A DNA stretch of 64,000 nt, from NCBI RefSeq assembly GCF_006345805.1, contig NC_043004.1, positions 9,672,001 to 9,736,000 on the forward strand, in the 5' to 3' direction. Both the position numbers and the translations under genes were made by a program. This DNA comes from Octopus sinensis. Lineage: Eukaryota. Under the pieces are notes generated by a model. It had not been told where the DNA came from. It worked only from the letters and a program-made list of their open reading frames with translations, and did no database searches. This document shows, piece by piece, positions 12,443 to 23,112 of this stretch; within the stretch, counting starts at the first letter, position 1, and every line of letters begins with the position of its first letter.

Positions 12443-13922
12443 CGTATGTATGTATATATGTGTGTGTGTACGTATGTATTATATATATATATATGTACGT
12501 ATGTATGTATATATATATATACATATGTATATTTGAATAGGCATATATACACACGTGTGTATGAATGTATGTATGTATGTATGAATCCGCACACACGTAG
12601 ATGTGCATCTACATCTGCATATGTGTGTGTGTGCATGTGTATTTAATTGTGTGCGTGTGTATGTTTTTAGTCTGTGTGTATATAACCTACATACAAACAC
12701 ATGCTTAGTCTAGTGTAAGGAGAAAACGGAGCCGTCCAGTCTACGGCTTCTGATAATACAGTTCAATTTATTGGTTTATAAAGGTCTTGAGATTCACAAT
12801 AGATTCCTCTCTTCTCAGACGAAGTGAAGCCGAAAACAAAAGAGCAGTCTGTGTTTCAGTAAATGTGGAAGGGAATTCTCAAATATATTTTCAAGCCTCT
12901 TCAATGTTACCATAGAGTTTTCATATTCCTGCTCAACAGACGTTCAGCTTTGTTTGTGATATGTTTTCAAATTTATTTACAGCTTTTCTTTTGTATGTTT
13001 TATGTTTCATTTTCTTTCTTACTAACGTTATTGTTATTGTTGTTGATGGTGATTTTGTTTCATTATTTATTGATATTTCTTTTATATTTTTTTTTGCTTT
13101 CTTTTTATAAGGAGTTGGATTTTGAGCTGTTTATTTTCTTCGGACATTAAGACTATTTAAGGGAGTGCATAGCTATATATCATTAGCACAGAGCAATTAT
13201 GATTGTCGTCCTCATCGCCATCGCCATCACCATCACCACCATCATCATCATCATCAACAACAGCAGCATTAGTTGAGTAGTAGTAGTAGTAGTTTATTGT
13301 TTGTAATTTCCGTTCGTCATTATCGTTGTCGTCGTCATCATCATCATCATCATCATCATTATCGTTTCTCTTCATATTGTTCACAATCCAGTTTAGTACT
13401 GGAGTGGATCGTTTTTAAGGCAATGAGGTGCGGTAGTTGATGAAATCTGTTTGCTATTTCTAGCAGACCAAGTGACCAGGTGAGGAGCTTTCCTTGCTTT
13501 CGTTGCATAGAGGTGTTTCTCTGCAGAATAACATTTATATTTACATTTTATATAATCAGAAACAAGCGCGGACTCGAGATTCCTAAATTACAAATAGATG
13601 CAGTTTATATTGTGGGAATAATAATGGGTAGCCGTAGAAATATTTTCAGTAAAAATGGTTTCGTAAAAAAAGACACCGTTACCAAAGGAAAGTGAGTGAA
13701 GCGGTTTGGCTATGTAATAAGCACGCCCCCCCCCAAAAAAAAACAACACACAGAGAAAACGTCGAAAGCAGACACTTCGACTTTTCCGAACCAAGAAGTG
13801 TTTTAAATCCCGATATTTATATTACATTATTTATGACACTATTTCGATTTCATCCATTAAAATCAAATTATTTCATGTTCCTTCGAAGTTTCTTATAGAG
13901 ACAACTATATATATATATATAT

Positions 13923-13973
<51 letters not shown>

Positions 13974-14022
13974 AAAAGTTTGGGTATGCTTCTAGTAGTA
14001 AACCGAGACACCCCTTATAACA

Positions 14023-14126
14023 TCACTTGAGGAGATGCGGCTGCACCGAGGAGTACACCACAACCAGGTGTACAGTATCCCACCTGCGAGGGGTCGATGC
14101 AGGCTGCGTCGAAACGATCGTTGTGA
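14023..14126 (+). ncRNA. Putative minimal type-I hammerhead (U3 variant, extended stem II), copy 1
   Basis: TCAC-TTGAGGA-GATGCGGCTGCA..TGCAGGCTGCGTC-GAAAC-GATC-GTT-GTGA; palindrome ACGATCGT; AATAAA at 14129. Confidence 0.65.
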
Positions 14127-14246
14127 GCAATAAAGTTTATTGCATATTCCCTTTTCCATCTCTTCATGTGTTATATATATATATATATATGTATGTAAAA
14201 AGTTTGGGTATGCTTCTAGTAGTAAACCGAGACACCCCTTATAACA

Positions 14247-14350
14247 TCACTTGAGGAGATGCGGCTGCACCGAGGAGTACACCACAACCAGGTGTACAGT
14301 ATCCCACCTGCGAGGGGTCGATGCAGGCTGCGTCGAAACGATCGTTGTGA
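14247..14350 (+). ncRNA. Putative minimal type-I hammerhead (U3 variant), copy 2
   Basis: Identical to 14023-14126, offset by 224 bp. Confidence 0.65.
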
Positions 14351-14394
14351 GCAATAAAGTTTATTGCATATTCCCTTTTCCATCTCTTCATGTG

Positions 14395-14428
<34 letters not shown>

Positions 14429-14434
<6 letters not shown>

Positions 14435-14808
14435 CATTTCTAAATATCTCAGAGAGATATATGCAGTAGTGGTACGATAAAGTAGTTGTATACTGTCAAC
14501 TTAATGTGACAGTCCCATGAAGGGAATCATGCTACTGCTATTTAGCCCTAGGAAGCACCAACGCTTCCTGTCGGCCTTGACACATTTTCTGTGTCCTTAT
14601 GTTTGCAAGGGGGAGATAAGCACCTCCACCCAGCTAAGCCTGCATCCAGAGACTAGTTTCTGAGTCTTTTCTCGTCATCAGTCTGGAGTAGCTAAATAGC
14701 AGTAGTATGATTCCCTTCATGGGACTGTCACATTAAGTTGACAGTATACAACTACTTTATCGTACCACTACTGCATAAATCTCTCTCAGATATTTAGAAA
14801 TGTATTAT
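14429..14808 (-). mobile_element. Fold-back non-coding element: 118-bp inverted arms around a 144-bp hammerhead-containing spacer
   Basis: 14429-14546 is the reverse complement of 14691-14808 with 3 mismatches seen; the spacer plus one arm recurs at 17500-17712. Confidence 0.85.
14645..14687 (-). ncRNA. Minimal type-I hammerhead ribozyme with GUC triplet
   Basis: Minus strand TCCAGA-CTGATGA-CGAG-AAAAGA-CTCA-GAAAC-TA-GTC-TCTGGA: 6-bp stem I, canonical core, palindrome ACTAGT. Confidence 0.75.
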
Positions 14809-14899
14809 TTCTATTTTTGTAATCAGAGAATGTATTTCACTAGAATTCTTATATGTTTGCAAAGACTAGACATGCATCTCCAACTAGCAGGCCATGCTA

Positions 14900-16260
14900 C
14901 TTCAGAGGTTGATCGCAGGAGGGCGTTAGTGCGAGTCGGTTGTGTGTTGATCTCGCTTCCATGTGAGTTGTTGTTTTGATGTGCGAAATTGTTGCGTTGC
15001 TGAATTGTTGGATGTTGTGTTTGATGTTCTGTTTTTATATATGTTGAAAATTTTGTATGGCTTCGCCGTTTGTGAGTGAAGCAGTAAATAGTGGAAACAT
15101 GGAGGCACGTGCGGGCGGTTGTGCGGTGGTAGCAGGCAAGAACCTGACAGTGGAGGTGCTGCAGATGCGGGAGCTGGAGGCTGGAGATGCAGATTATATA
15201 GAGTTTAACAACCTATTGAGAACATGGAAGAGAAGGTAGAAGTGTTGAGAGTGTCCAGGACAGCGAACGTCAGTTGGTGGGTGATGTGGCCTTGAGGTGA
15301 TGGTCCTTGTCGGCCTGCCTGGCCTCCACAAAGTGACAGAGGAAGTTGTACTCCCCGATGGGACCGGACTGAGAGTCGTGGTGGAGGGTGGACCACCAAT
15401 ATTCTTCAATTGTAGAGTGGGGGGACACATGAAAGCGGGGTGTCCCCAGAAACACGAGTGAGAGGTGGTGGAAGAGAGAAATCAAATAGAAATGGAAACG
15501 GTGCCGGAGAGAGAAGCGGAGACCACAATGGTAGAGAAAAAAGGAAATGGTGAATCTCCACCGAAAAAGAAAAGGAAGGCAGAGAAGAAAAGAAAAGAAA
15601 AAAAAAAGAAACGAGGAAACAACAGAGATTAGAACTCTAGAAACTTCAACTGGTAAAGCAAGCGAGAAACAGAAGGAAAAAGAAGAGGAACAACAGAAAG
15701 AAATGGAAATACCAGTTACTGAGGCGGAGAATAAAGAAACACAACAGAGAAAACCAAACTTAGGAAACAATAAAGGAATGGTTGTAGTATACGAAAAGAG
15801 TGTGGAGATAGAGAAGTGGATAAAAAAGATGAAAAACATAATAAGAGTCAAGTTGGCAGACAGTGAGGAAGAACCTACTATGAAAGCAGTACTGCTAGAG
15901 AGCGAGAGAGCAACGAGATTGAAAGAAGCATTCGGAAGCAGAGTAGTTATAAGAAAGAGACGAGATCGATACGATGAATTACCACCTGTGGTAACGTACG
16001 AAGAGTTATTGAATCATTTAGTATAAAAAAAGGATACATATAGAACACAAACCACATTAATTGTAAAAACAGTAAAATGGTACGTTCTGCTTGCGGGGTA
16101 GAAAGCCATTTCATCATCATATTTTTTCACATATCACAATTCATTCGTAATCATTTTATGTACCCCCACATTTGTTTTTTGTTTGTTGCTGTAATGTAAT
16201 TTCTATAAAAAGGCTTTATGCCAATTATAAAGGAACTAAGGCCTTGCTACTCCAGAACAA
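14900..16260 (+). mobile_element. Decayed Tx1/L1-like ORF1 (gag-like) remnant, no RT seen
   Basis: 15378-15446 encodes VVEGGPPIFFNCRVGGHMKAGCP, a CX2CX4HX4C knuckle with the first C mutated; followed by a K/E-rich stretch (ORF 15547..16026). Confidence 0.55.
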
Positions 16261-16462
16261 AAAGAAGAAATAATGTAAAATGAAGGGATGAACAAACAAG
16301 TATTTAAAGTGTTATAGCCAGCTGGAGGAGATGTTCTCCTGGGGCTACAAGCTACAGTAACACCCACTCTTAGTGGTTAACCATATTGAGATGGCAAATA
16401 TACCTCACATTGTCGTACAGTTACTGTTTATACCTCGTTCAGAGATTTATTATTGATTAATT

Positions 16463-17272
16463 GGATATTTTCCTTTTGAACGGCAGATGTCAACACAATT
16501 TCTAGTTAACTAAACACTTTTAAACTTCATTTTTTCTTGGTTTTATTGAGAAAATTCTATAGTTAGTAACATATTTCCACTATAAAATCGAGCATTTTGG
16601 CAATTTTAATCAATCAAATACGTCCATTTGGAGTCAAAACATACCGTGCTGTATGAATATGCCCCTCGTTTAAGAAACAGATTGGGTTTATTTACATTTC
16701 GAAGAAAAAAAAGATACCCTTCCCCCACCCCTAATCCTAATCCTAAAATAGATTGAAATGCAATAGATCGATACCAGGGCCATAATTATGGGTGACAATT
16801 TCATACGACACCGCTACGGAAAATGGGTTTTTTTTCTAGCGGTGTCAAATGAAAATGTCACCATAATTATGGCCCTGGTACCGATCTATTGCATTTCAAT
16901 CTATTTTAGGATTAGGGTAAGGGTTAGGGGTGGGGTTATGGTTAGGGTTACTGTTAGGGTTAGGGGTAGGGTTTGTGGTGGGGGAAGGATATCTTTTTTC
17001 TTCGCAAATGTAAATAAACCCAATCTGTTTCTTAAACGAGGGGCATATTCATACAGCACGGAATCTTTTCACCCCAAATGGAGGTGAGCGATTGGTTAAA
17101 ATTGCCAATATGCTCGATTTTAAAGTGGAAATATGTTATAACATATAGAATTTTCTCAATAAAGCCATGAAAAATGATGTTTTATAAACATATTCTACCA
17201 GTATACGAAGTTTAAAAGTGTTTAGTTAACTAGAAATTGTGTTGACATCTGCCGTTCAAAAGGAAAAAATCC
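16463..17272. mobile_element. 810-bp fold-back MITE, Merlin-like (GG-start TIR, 8-bp TSD), with TTAGGG-like runs
   Basis: TSD GATTAATT at 16455-62 and 17273-80; arms are reverse-complementary almost to the centre (spacer 16817-16836); GGTTAG runs at 16908-16970. Confidence 0.85.
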
Positions 17273-17499
17273 GATTAATTTTCTGTTGTAAAACAAAATA
17301 GGACACATATGAACGTTTATTATATAAGCAGGAAACGAAAGGAAAATTGTAAAGGTACTCACTGTTCATCTCGCAGCGGACGTGAGTCGAACTGTCTCAT
17401 TTTCATTATTGTTAATCATTCTATCAACCAGACATCATTTGTTTTATGTTCCCGTTCGTCTTGTGTCGGCTCTATGTTAAGGCCTATAATAAAGAAAAA

Positions 17500-17712
17500 G
17501 GTCATACTACTCCAGACTGATGACGAGAAAGGACTCAGAAACTGGTCTCCGTATGCAGGCTTAGCTGGGTGGATGTGCTTATCTCCCCCTTGCAAACATA
17601 AAGACACAGGAAATGTGTCAAGGCCGACAGGAAGCGTTGGTGCTTCCTAGGGCTAAATAGCAGTAGTATAATTCCCTTCATGGGACTGTCACATTAATTT
17701 GATAGTATACAA
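17500..17712 (+). mobile_element. Second copy of the 14.6-kb hammerhead element (HHR 17511-17553, stem I damaged)
   Basis: TCCAGA-CTGATGA-CGAG-AAAGGA-CTCA-GAAAC-TG-GTC-TCCGTA, then the same downstream sequence as the reverse complement of 14480-14644. Confidence 0.8.
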
Positions 17713-17745
17713 TATATGTGTGTGTGTGTGTGTGTGAGGGGGTGT

Positions 17746-17945
17746 CTCTTTACTATTTTACTTGTTTCAGTCATTTGACTGCGGCCATGCTGGAGCACAA
17801 CCTTTAGTCGGGCAAATCGACCCTAGGACTTATTCTTTGTAAGCCTAGTACTTATTCTATCGGTCTCTTTTGCCGAACCGCTATATTACGGGGACGTAAA
17901 CACACCAGCATCGGTTGTCAAGCGATGCTGGGGGGACAAACAGAG

Positions 17946-18027
<82 letters not shown>

Positions 18028-18184
18028 GACGAGCTTCTTTCAGTTTCCGTCTACCAAATCCACTCACAAGGCTTTGGTCGGCCCGAGCTTATAGTAGAAG
18101 ACACTTGCCGAAGGTACCACGCAGGACTGAACCCGGAACCATGCGGTTGGTAAGCAAGCTACTTATCACACAGCCTCTCCTGCG
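17746..18184 (-). mobile_element. SINE family 1
   Basis: Reverse complement of the head, core and tail seen at 10313-10705. Confidence 0.9.
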
Positions 18185-18199
18185 TCTGTGTGTGTGTAT

Positions 18200-18592
18200 T
18201 CTTTTACTTTTTTATTTGTTTCAGTCATTTGACTGCGGCTATGCTGGGACACCGCCTTTAGTCGAAGAAATCAACCCAAGGACTTATTCTTTGTAAGCCT
18301 AGTACTTATTCTATCGGTCTCTTTTGCTGAACTGTTAAGTTACAGGGAAGTAAACAAGCCAACATGGTTGTCAAGCGATGGTGGGGGGACGAACAGAAAC
18401 ACAAATACATATATATATGTATGAATATATGACGGGCTTCTTTCAGTTTCCATCAACCAAATCCACTCACAAGGCTTTGGTCGGCCCGAGTTTTTAGTAG
18501 AAGACACTTGCCGAAGGTACCACGCAGTGGGACTGAACCTGGAACCATGTGGTTGGGAAGCAAGCTTCTTACCGCACAGCCACGCCTGCACC
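18200..18592 (-). mobile_element. SINE family 1
   Basis: As above; more diverged. Confidence 0.85.
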
Positions 18593-18609
18593 TATATAGC
18601 CACTCCGCT

Positions 18610-18790
18610 TTTTTATTTGTTTCTGTCATTTGAAACACCGTCTTTAAGGTTTTTCAGTCGAAGAAATCGACCCTAGGACTTATTCTTTTACGTCTAGAAC
18701 TTATTCTATCGATGTCGTAGGATGAACCGCTAAGTTGCGGGGAAGTAAATCCACCAACATCGGTTGTCAAGCGATGGTAGGCAGACAACC
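18610..18790 (-). mobile_element. SINE family 1, 3' half
   Basis: GAAATCGACCCTAGGACTTATTCTT..GAACCGCTAAGTT..CGGTTGTCAAGCGATG. Confidence 0.75.
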
Positions 18791-19191
18791 ACAGAATAGA
18801 CACACACACACACGCGCGCACGCATACGCACACACACACACATACAATTATAAATACATACATATATACATAGTTACAGATATATATACACACATTCACA
18901 CACATATATGCGTTTGTGTATGAATATATATGTATGTATGTTTGTGTGTATCGAGAGAGAGAGAGAGAGATGTAACCGAAACAACTGCAGTGATTAATCA
19001 AGAATCTCATGAATTCCATTTTCTTTTTCTTTCTCTCGTGTATTGGGAACTATACGAACACGAAGGAATTCCTGAAGTAAATCCAGTGGCATTTAAATCC
19101 ATACTGTTGATGACATCAGCTAGCCGAATACTGCGGACGGGCTTTCAACGGCATACTTCAAAACGACACACTATAGATTTAAATTATTACT

Positions 19192-19265
<74 letters not shown>

Positions 19266-19440
19266 TACTCAAAGGGATTGTAACCCTGTCTGTTTTTTAC
19301 GTTATATTTATATTCTTATAATATTAATATAGGATATAGACTATAGAATATACAGTAAGAAAGAAATGAAATGAAGTATTGATTGCCTTATTGAACAAAT
19401 GAAATATTGAAAATTTAAATATAAAATGTCTATTCTCATT

Positions 19441-19481
19441 GAACTAGTATACTTTCTTGCATTTAAGCAGTCATCAGGTTC
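19441..19481 (-). ncRNA. Minimal type-I hammerhead, left-arm copy
   Basis: Exact reverse complement of 19532-19572. Confidence 0.65.
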
Positions 19482-19531
19482 CGATTGTGACAGGAACCCT
19501 TCGACAGTCTTTCGCGTTCCTGTCACAATCG

Positions 19532-19572
19532 GAACCTGATGACTGCTTAAATGCAAGAAAGTATACTAGTTC
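19532..19572 (+). ncRNA. Minimal type-I hammerhead, right-arm copy (CUA triplet)
   Basis: GAAC-CTGATGA-CTGC-TTAAAT-GCAA-GAAA-GTATAC-TA-GTTC; palindrome AGTATACT. Confidence 0.65.
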
Positions 19573-19894
19573 AATGAAAATAGTCATATAATATTTAAAT
19601 TTTCAATATTTCATTTGTTCAATAAGGCAATCAATACTTCATTTCATTTCTTTCTTACTATATATTCTATATTCCATATCCTATATTAATATTATAAGAA
19701 TATAAATATAACAGAGTTGCAATTCCTTTGAGTAATATATATATATATATCTTAAAATTATAATTTAGGGTATCTAAGAGATACCAGCACACTGGAAATA
19801 GCAGCCAAAGCTTGACTCTAAAACCGCATTAAATGTTCATACAGCACCAGGGGAAAAGACAAAAATACAAAATAAACTACCAAAAAATTATCCG

Positions 19895-19932
<38 letters not shown>

Positions 19933-20584
19933 ATATGTGTGTGTGTGGTGTGTGTGTGTGTGGTGTGTGTGTGTGTGTGTGTATGGATGTATGTATGTAT
20001 GTATGTATATATATATATATGTATATATGTATGTATGTATATATGTATGTACGTATGTATGCATGTATATATGCATGTGTGTGTAAATATGTGTGTTTCT
20101 ATATGTGTATGTAATTATGTTTGCAGTCTGTAATTGGCTAAAATAATATCCGTGAGAATAAAGTGAGACTGTATTGCGATCCACAAGAATCACTGTATAT
20201 ATTGTAATAGCATACGATTGTCGACCTTCGACTTATTATTCCTTACGTTTCATTATACTAACGTTGTGGATAGGAAATTTTTAACTAATTTTTTTGGTTC
20301 TTGAAACCTCTGCTAAAGTACTTTATACGAAAATAATTAGTTTTGTTATATTTGGGAAATAGTGGAAGTGTAATTACTTTTGTTCTTTTTTTTGGGGGGG
20401 GGGTTATATCGGCGAGATGACAAATACCTGCCAAGCGACAACACAGCTTCCGGCTTTCTTGAATTCTTGAACGGAAAAAAAGTTGCGAAGGACAAGAATT
20501 TATGCAGAGCGGGAGATGTACTCTTTCGTGCTATTTTATGGATTTTGTATATGTTAGGTTTTCCACAGGATATTATTATTATTA

Positions 20585-20617
<33 letters not shown>

Positions 20618-20866
20618 CATCATTATTATCTCTTTATCTCGGGTTTTGTTGGAGCTCCTGGAGCTTTGCATGCGTATCGGGCCTACTACCTGAAGCCTAC
20701 AGTACCATGCTATTCGTTCTTTATCGTTATCATTATTATTATTATTATTATTATTATGATCACATCATCATCATTATCATCATTATCATCGTCATCAGCA
20801 TCCTCCTCCTCATCATCATCATCCCCCTCCTCCTCCTCCTCCTCCTCATTATTATTATTATTATTA

Positions 20867-20915
<49 letters not shown>

Positions 20916-20916
<1 letters not shown>

Positions 20917-23112
20917 GAATACTCACAGTTTATTTTGCTGGGTATGATGGAAAGTGTCAGCTGTCCACAGCCAGCAGACTAAGGTGACACTTGTTTTACT
21001 GCGAAGAATTCTTGTAGTTCCAAGCAATGCTGACTTTTGCAGGTGTTCTTCCTTCACACATGCACCAATCTTTTTCAGCCATATTGTTAGTTGAATGCTG
21101 ATACTTCCAAGTGCACCAATTACTATTGCTATCACGTCGACTCTCTTCATTGACCACAACATTCCTATTTCCCAACTTTAAATCATCATAGTTGTTTATT
21201 TTTTCTTCTTTCACATTGATCATGTTGTCACCGGGGCATGCTATATCAATTACCATACATGTTCTTTATTTTTTATTCCCCACAACAATGTCCGGTTTCC
21301 GATGTCTGGTCAAGTGATCGCACTGGATCATTGCATCCCACAGGATTTTGGAATTCTCATTTTCGGTGACTCCTTCTGGAGTTTTCTCATACCACGTCTT
21401 TGCTCTTTGTAGGCCGGGATTTCCACACAGCTCCCAATGGATCATTCCTGCCATATTGTCATGGCGTCGTTTGTATTCGCGTTGTGCCACTCTCGGGGAT
21501 TCGCTAATGATGTGCCATACCGTTTCGCCCCTCTCACCACACATTTGTCGCCATCGGTAGTATTGTCTATTCTGCATTTCATATAATTGGTCCTTAACGT
21601 TTGTTCCTGAGCTGCGCACATGAGTGCTTTCGCTTCTATCTTCAGCTCTCTCCTCTTCATCCATAGCCACCGGTCCTCTGTATCTGTTCACATCTCTTGC
21701 AAACCGACCGTACATTTCCTTTTCCTTTCGTGCTGTTTCTTTCTTTTTTTTGTTCATTTCTTGTTTAAATTTTTCTTTAGTCACACAATTTTCAGTTTTG
21801 ATGATTCTGGCCTTCATCGTATGTTTCAACAGTGACTTCACAGCATTTTTTATATACCACCATAAGCTGTATTCCTCTGTTTCGTTACAGTCCTGGCAAC
21901 TGACCAAACCTCTCCCATCCTTTCTTCTGAACAAGTACAGTCTATCAGTGTCACTCTTAGGGTTGAAGATTCTGTGTACTGTCAAACTTTTTCTGGTCTT
22001 GGAATCCATTTTCTTCACTTCTCTCTTCTGCCATTTTACAATTCCCGTTCCATACCGAAATGATGCTATCACTCACGTATTAACTGCTTGGATTTTATTC
22101 CATCCAGTCAATTTTGAGCGCAGCACCAGCCTCAGTGTCGGAAATCCTTCATCCTGAGTTGCTCTTTCATTTCCTTTTCCGTCATATCATTGAAATCCAG
22201 TACACCAAGGTATTTGTATCCCGCCGTTTCAATTTGTTTAATCAAACCTTTATTCGGTAATGCTATCCCTGCTAGGAACTGTATCTTTTCCTCTTTTTGA
22301 TAGATTATTCGGCACTTCTTGAGTCCAAATTCCCTTCTAATATCAGTAGTAAAACAGTGGACCATATTCACCAAGGAACTCACTTTTGTCTCTTTGCCAT
22401 ACAGTTTCATCTCATCCATGAAGAGGGGGTGATTGATTGTTTGGGATTTTCCCTTTAGTTGGTACCCCAGATTCATTTTCCTAAGTACCAAGGTCAGGGG
22501 TATCATACAGAGAACGAAAAGCAACGGAGATAGGCTATCACCCTTGAAAATCCCTCTTCTGATACCCAGGGTGCCCAAGCTTTTTTCCATAAGATGTCAG
22601 TTCAGTTTTCCATCTCAGCATAATTCTCTTTAGAGTGAACCTTACAGTCCTCGCAATTCCAAACAGATCTAAACACTCGATGATCCACGAATGTGGAATC
22701 ATATCGGAAGCTTTGCGATAGTCAATCCAGGCCATTCCTAAATTTGTTCTTCTTCTTTTACAATTTTGCATTACCATTTTGTCTATCAATATTTGATCTT
22801 TGGTGCCTCTGCATTTCCTTCTAAAGCCATTTTGTTCCATCAGTAATATATCGTTCTCATCAAGACAGTTATGCAATTCTTCTGCAATTCCTCCTGACAG
22901 TAACTTCCGCATTAATGGGAGGCAGGAAATTGGTCTGTAATTGTCAGCAGCATTTCCCTTTGATGCATCCTTCAACTACTGAACTTTTTATCCCTGAACA
23001 CCATCAGGTCTGCTGCTTTCCAATTGTTCATCTTTTTACTCATATTTCTGATACTGTCTTTTGAGAAGTGGATAGTCTCTTGCTGGAGATAAGAATGAGT
23101 TTGCTTCAGGCT
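20916..23112 (-). mobile_element. R4/Dong-clade non-LTR retrotransposon, 5'-truncated, decayed (RT, CCHC, RLE)
   Basis: NYRPISCLP; [13 protein letters not shown]; LFMDEMKL; RRHD; RKPDIVV; IDIACPGD; HLQKSALLGTTRILR; abuts (ATT)n on its 3' side. Confidence 0.9.

Larger units (their letters stand above)
13967..14395 (+). repeat. Identical tandem dimer, period 224 bp, each unit with a hammerhead motif (retrozyme-like)
   Basis: Units 13967-14171 and 14191-14395 read identical; separated and flanked by (TA)n. Confidence 0.9.
19263..19737. mobile_element. Palindromic non-coding element (arms 19263-19497 and 19516-19737) with one hammerhead per arm
   Basis: Arms are reverse-complementary around an 18-bp spacer; inner ~80 bp identical, outer parts diverged; microsatellites on both sides. 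Confidence 0.9.

Noticed and set aside
12805-12845. CAGACGA..GCCGAAAAC with CTCTT/AAGAG flanks
   Set aside because: No stem II and a mutated core; not distinguishable from chance.
13650-13691. 42-bp TTTCAG|..|GTGAGT candidate exon (KNGFVKKDTVTKGK)
   Set aside because: Too short to support without transcript data.
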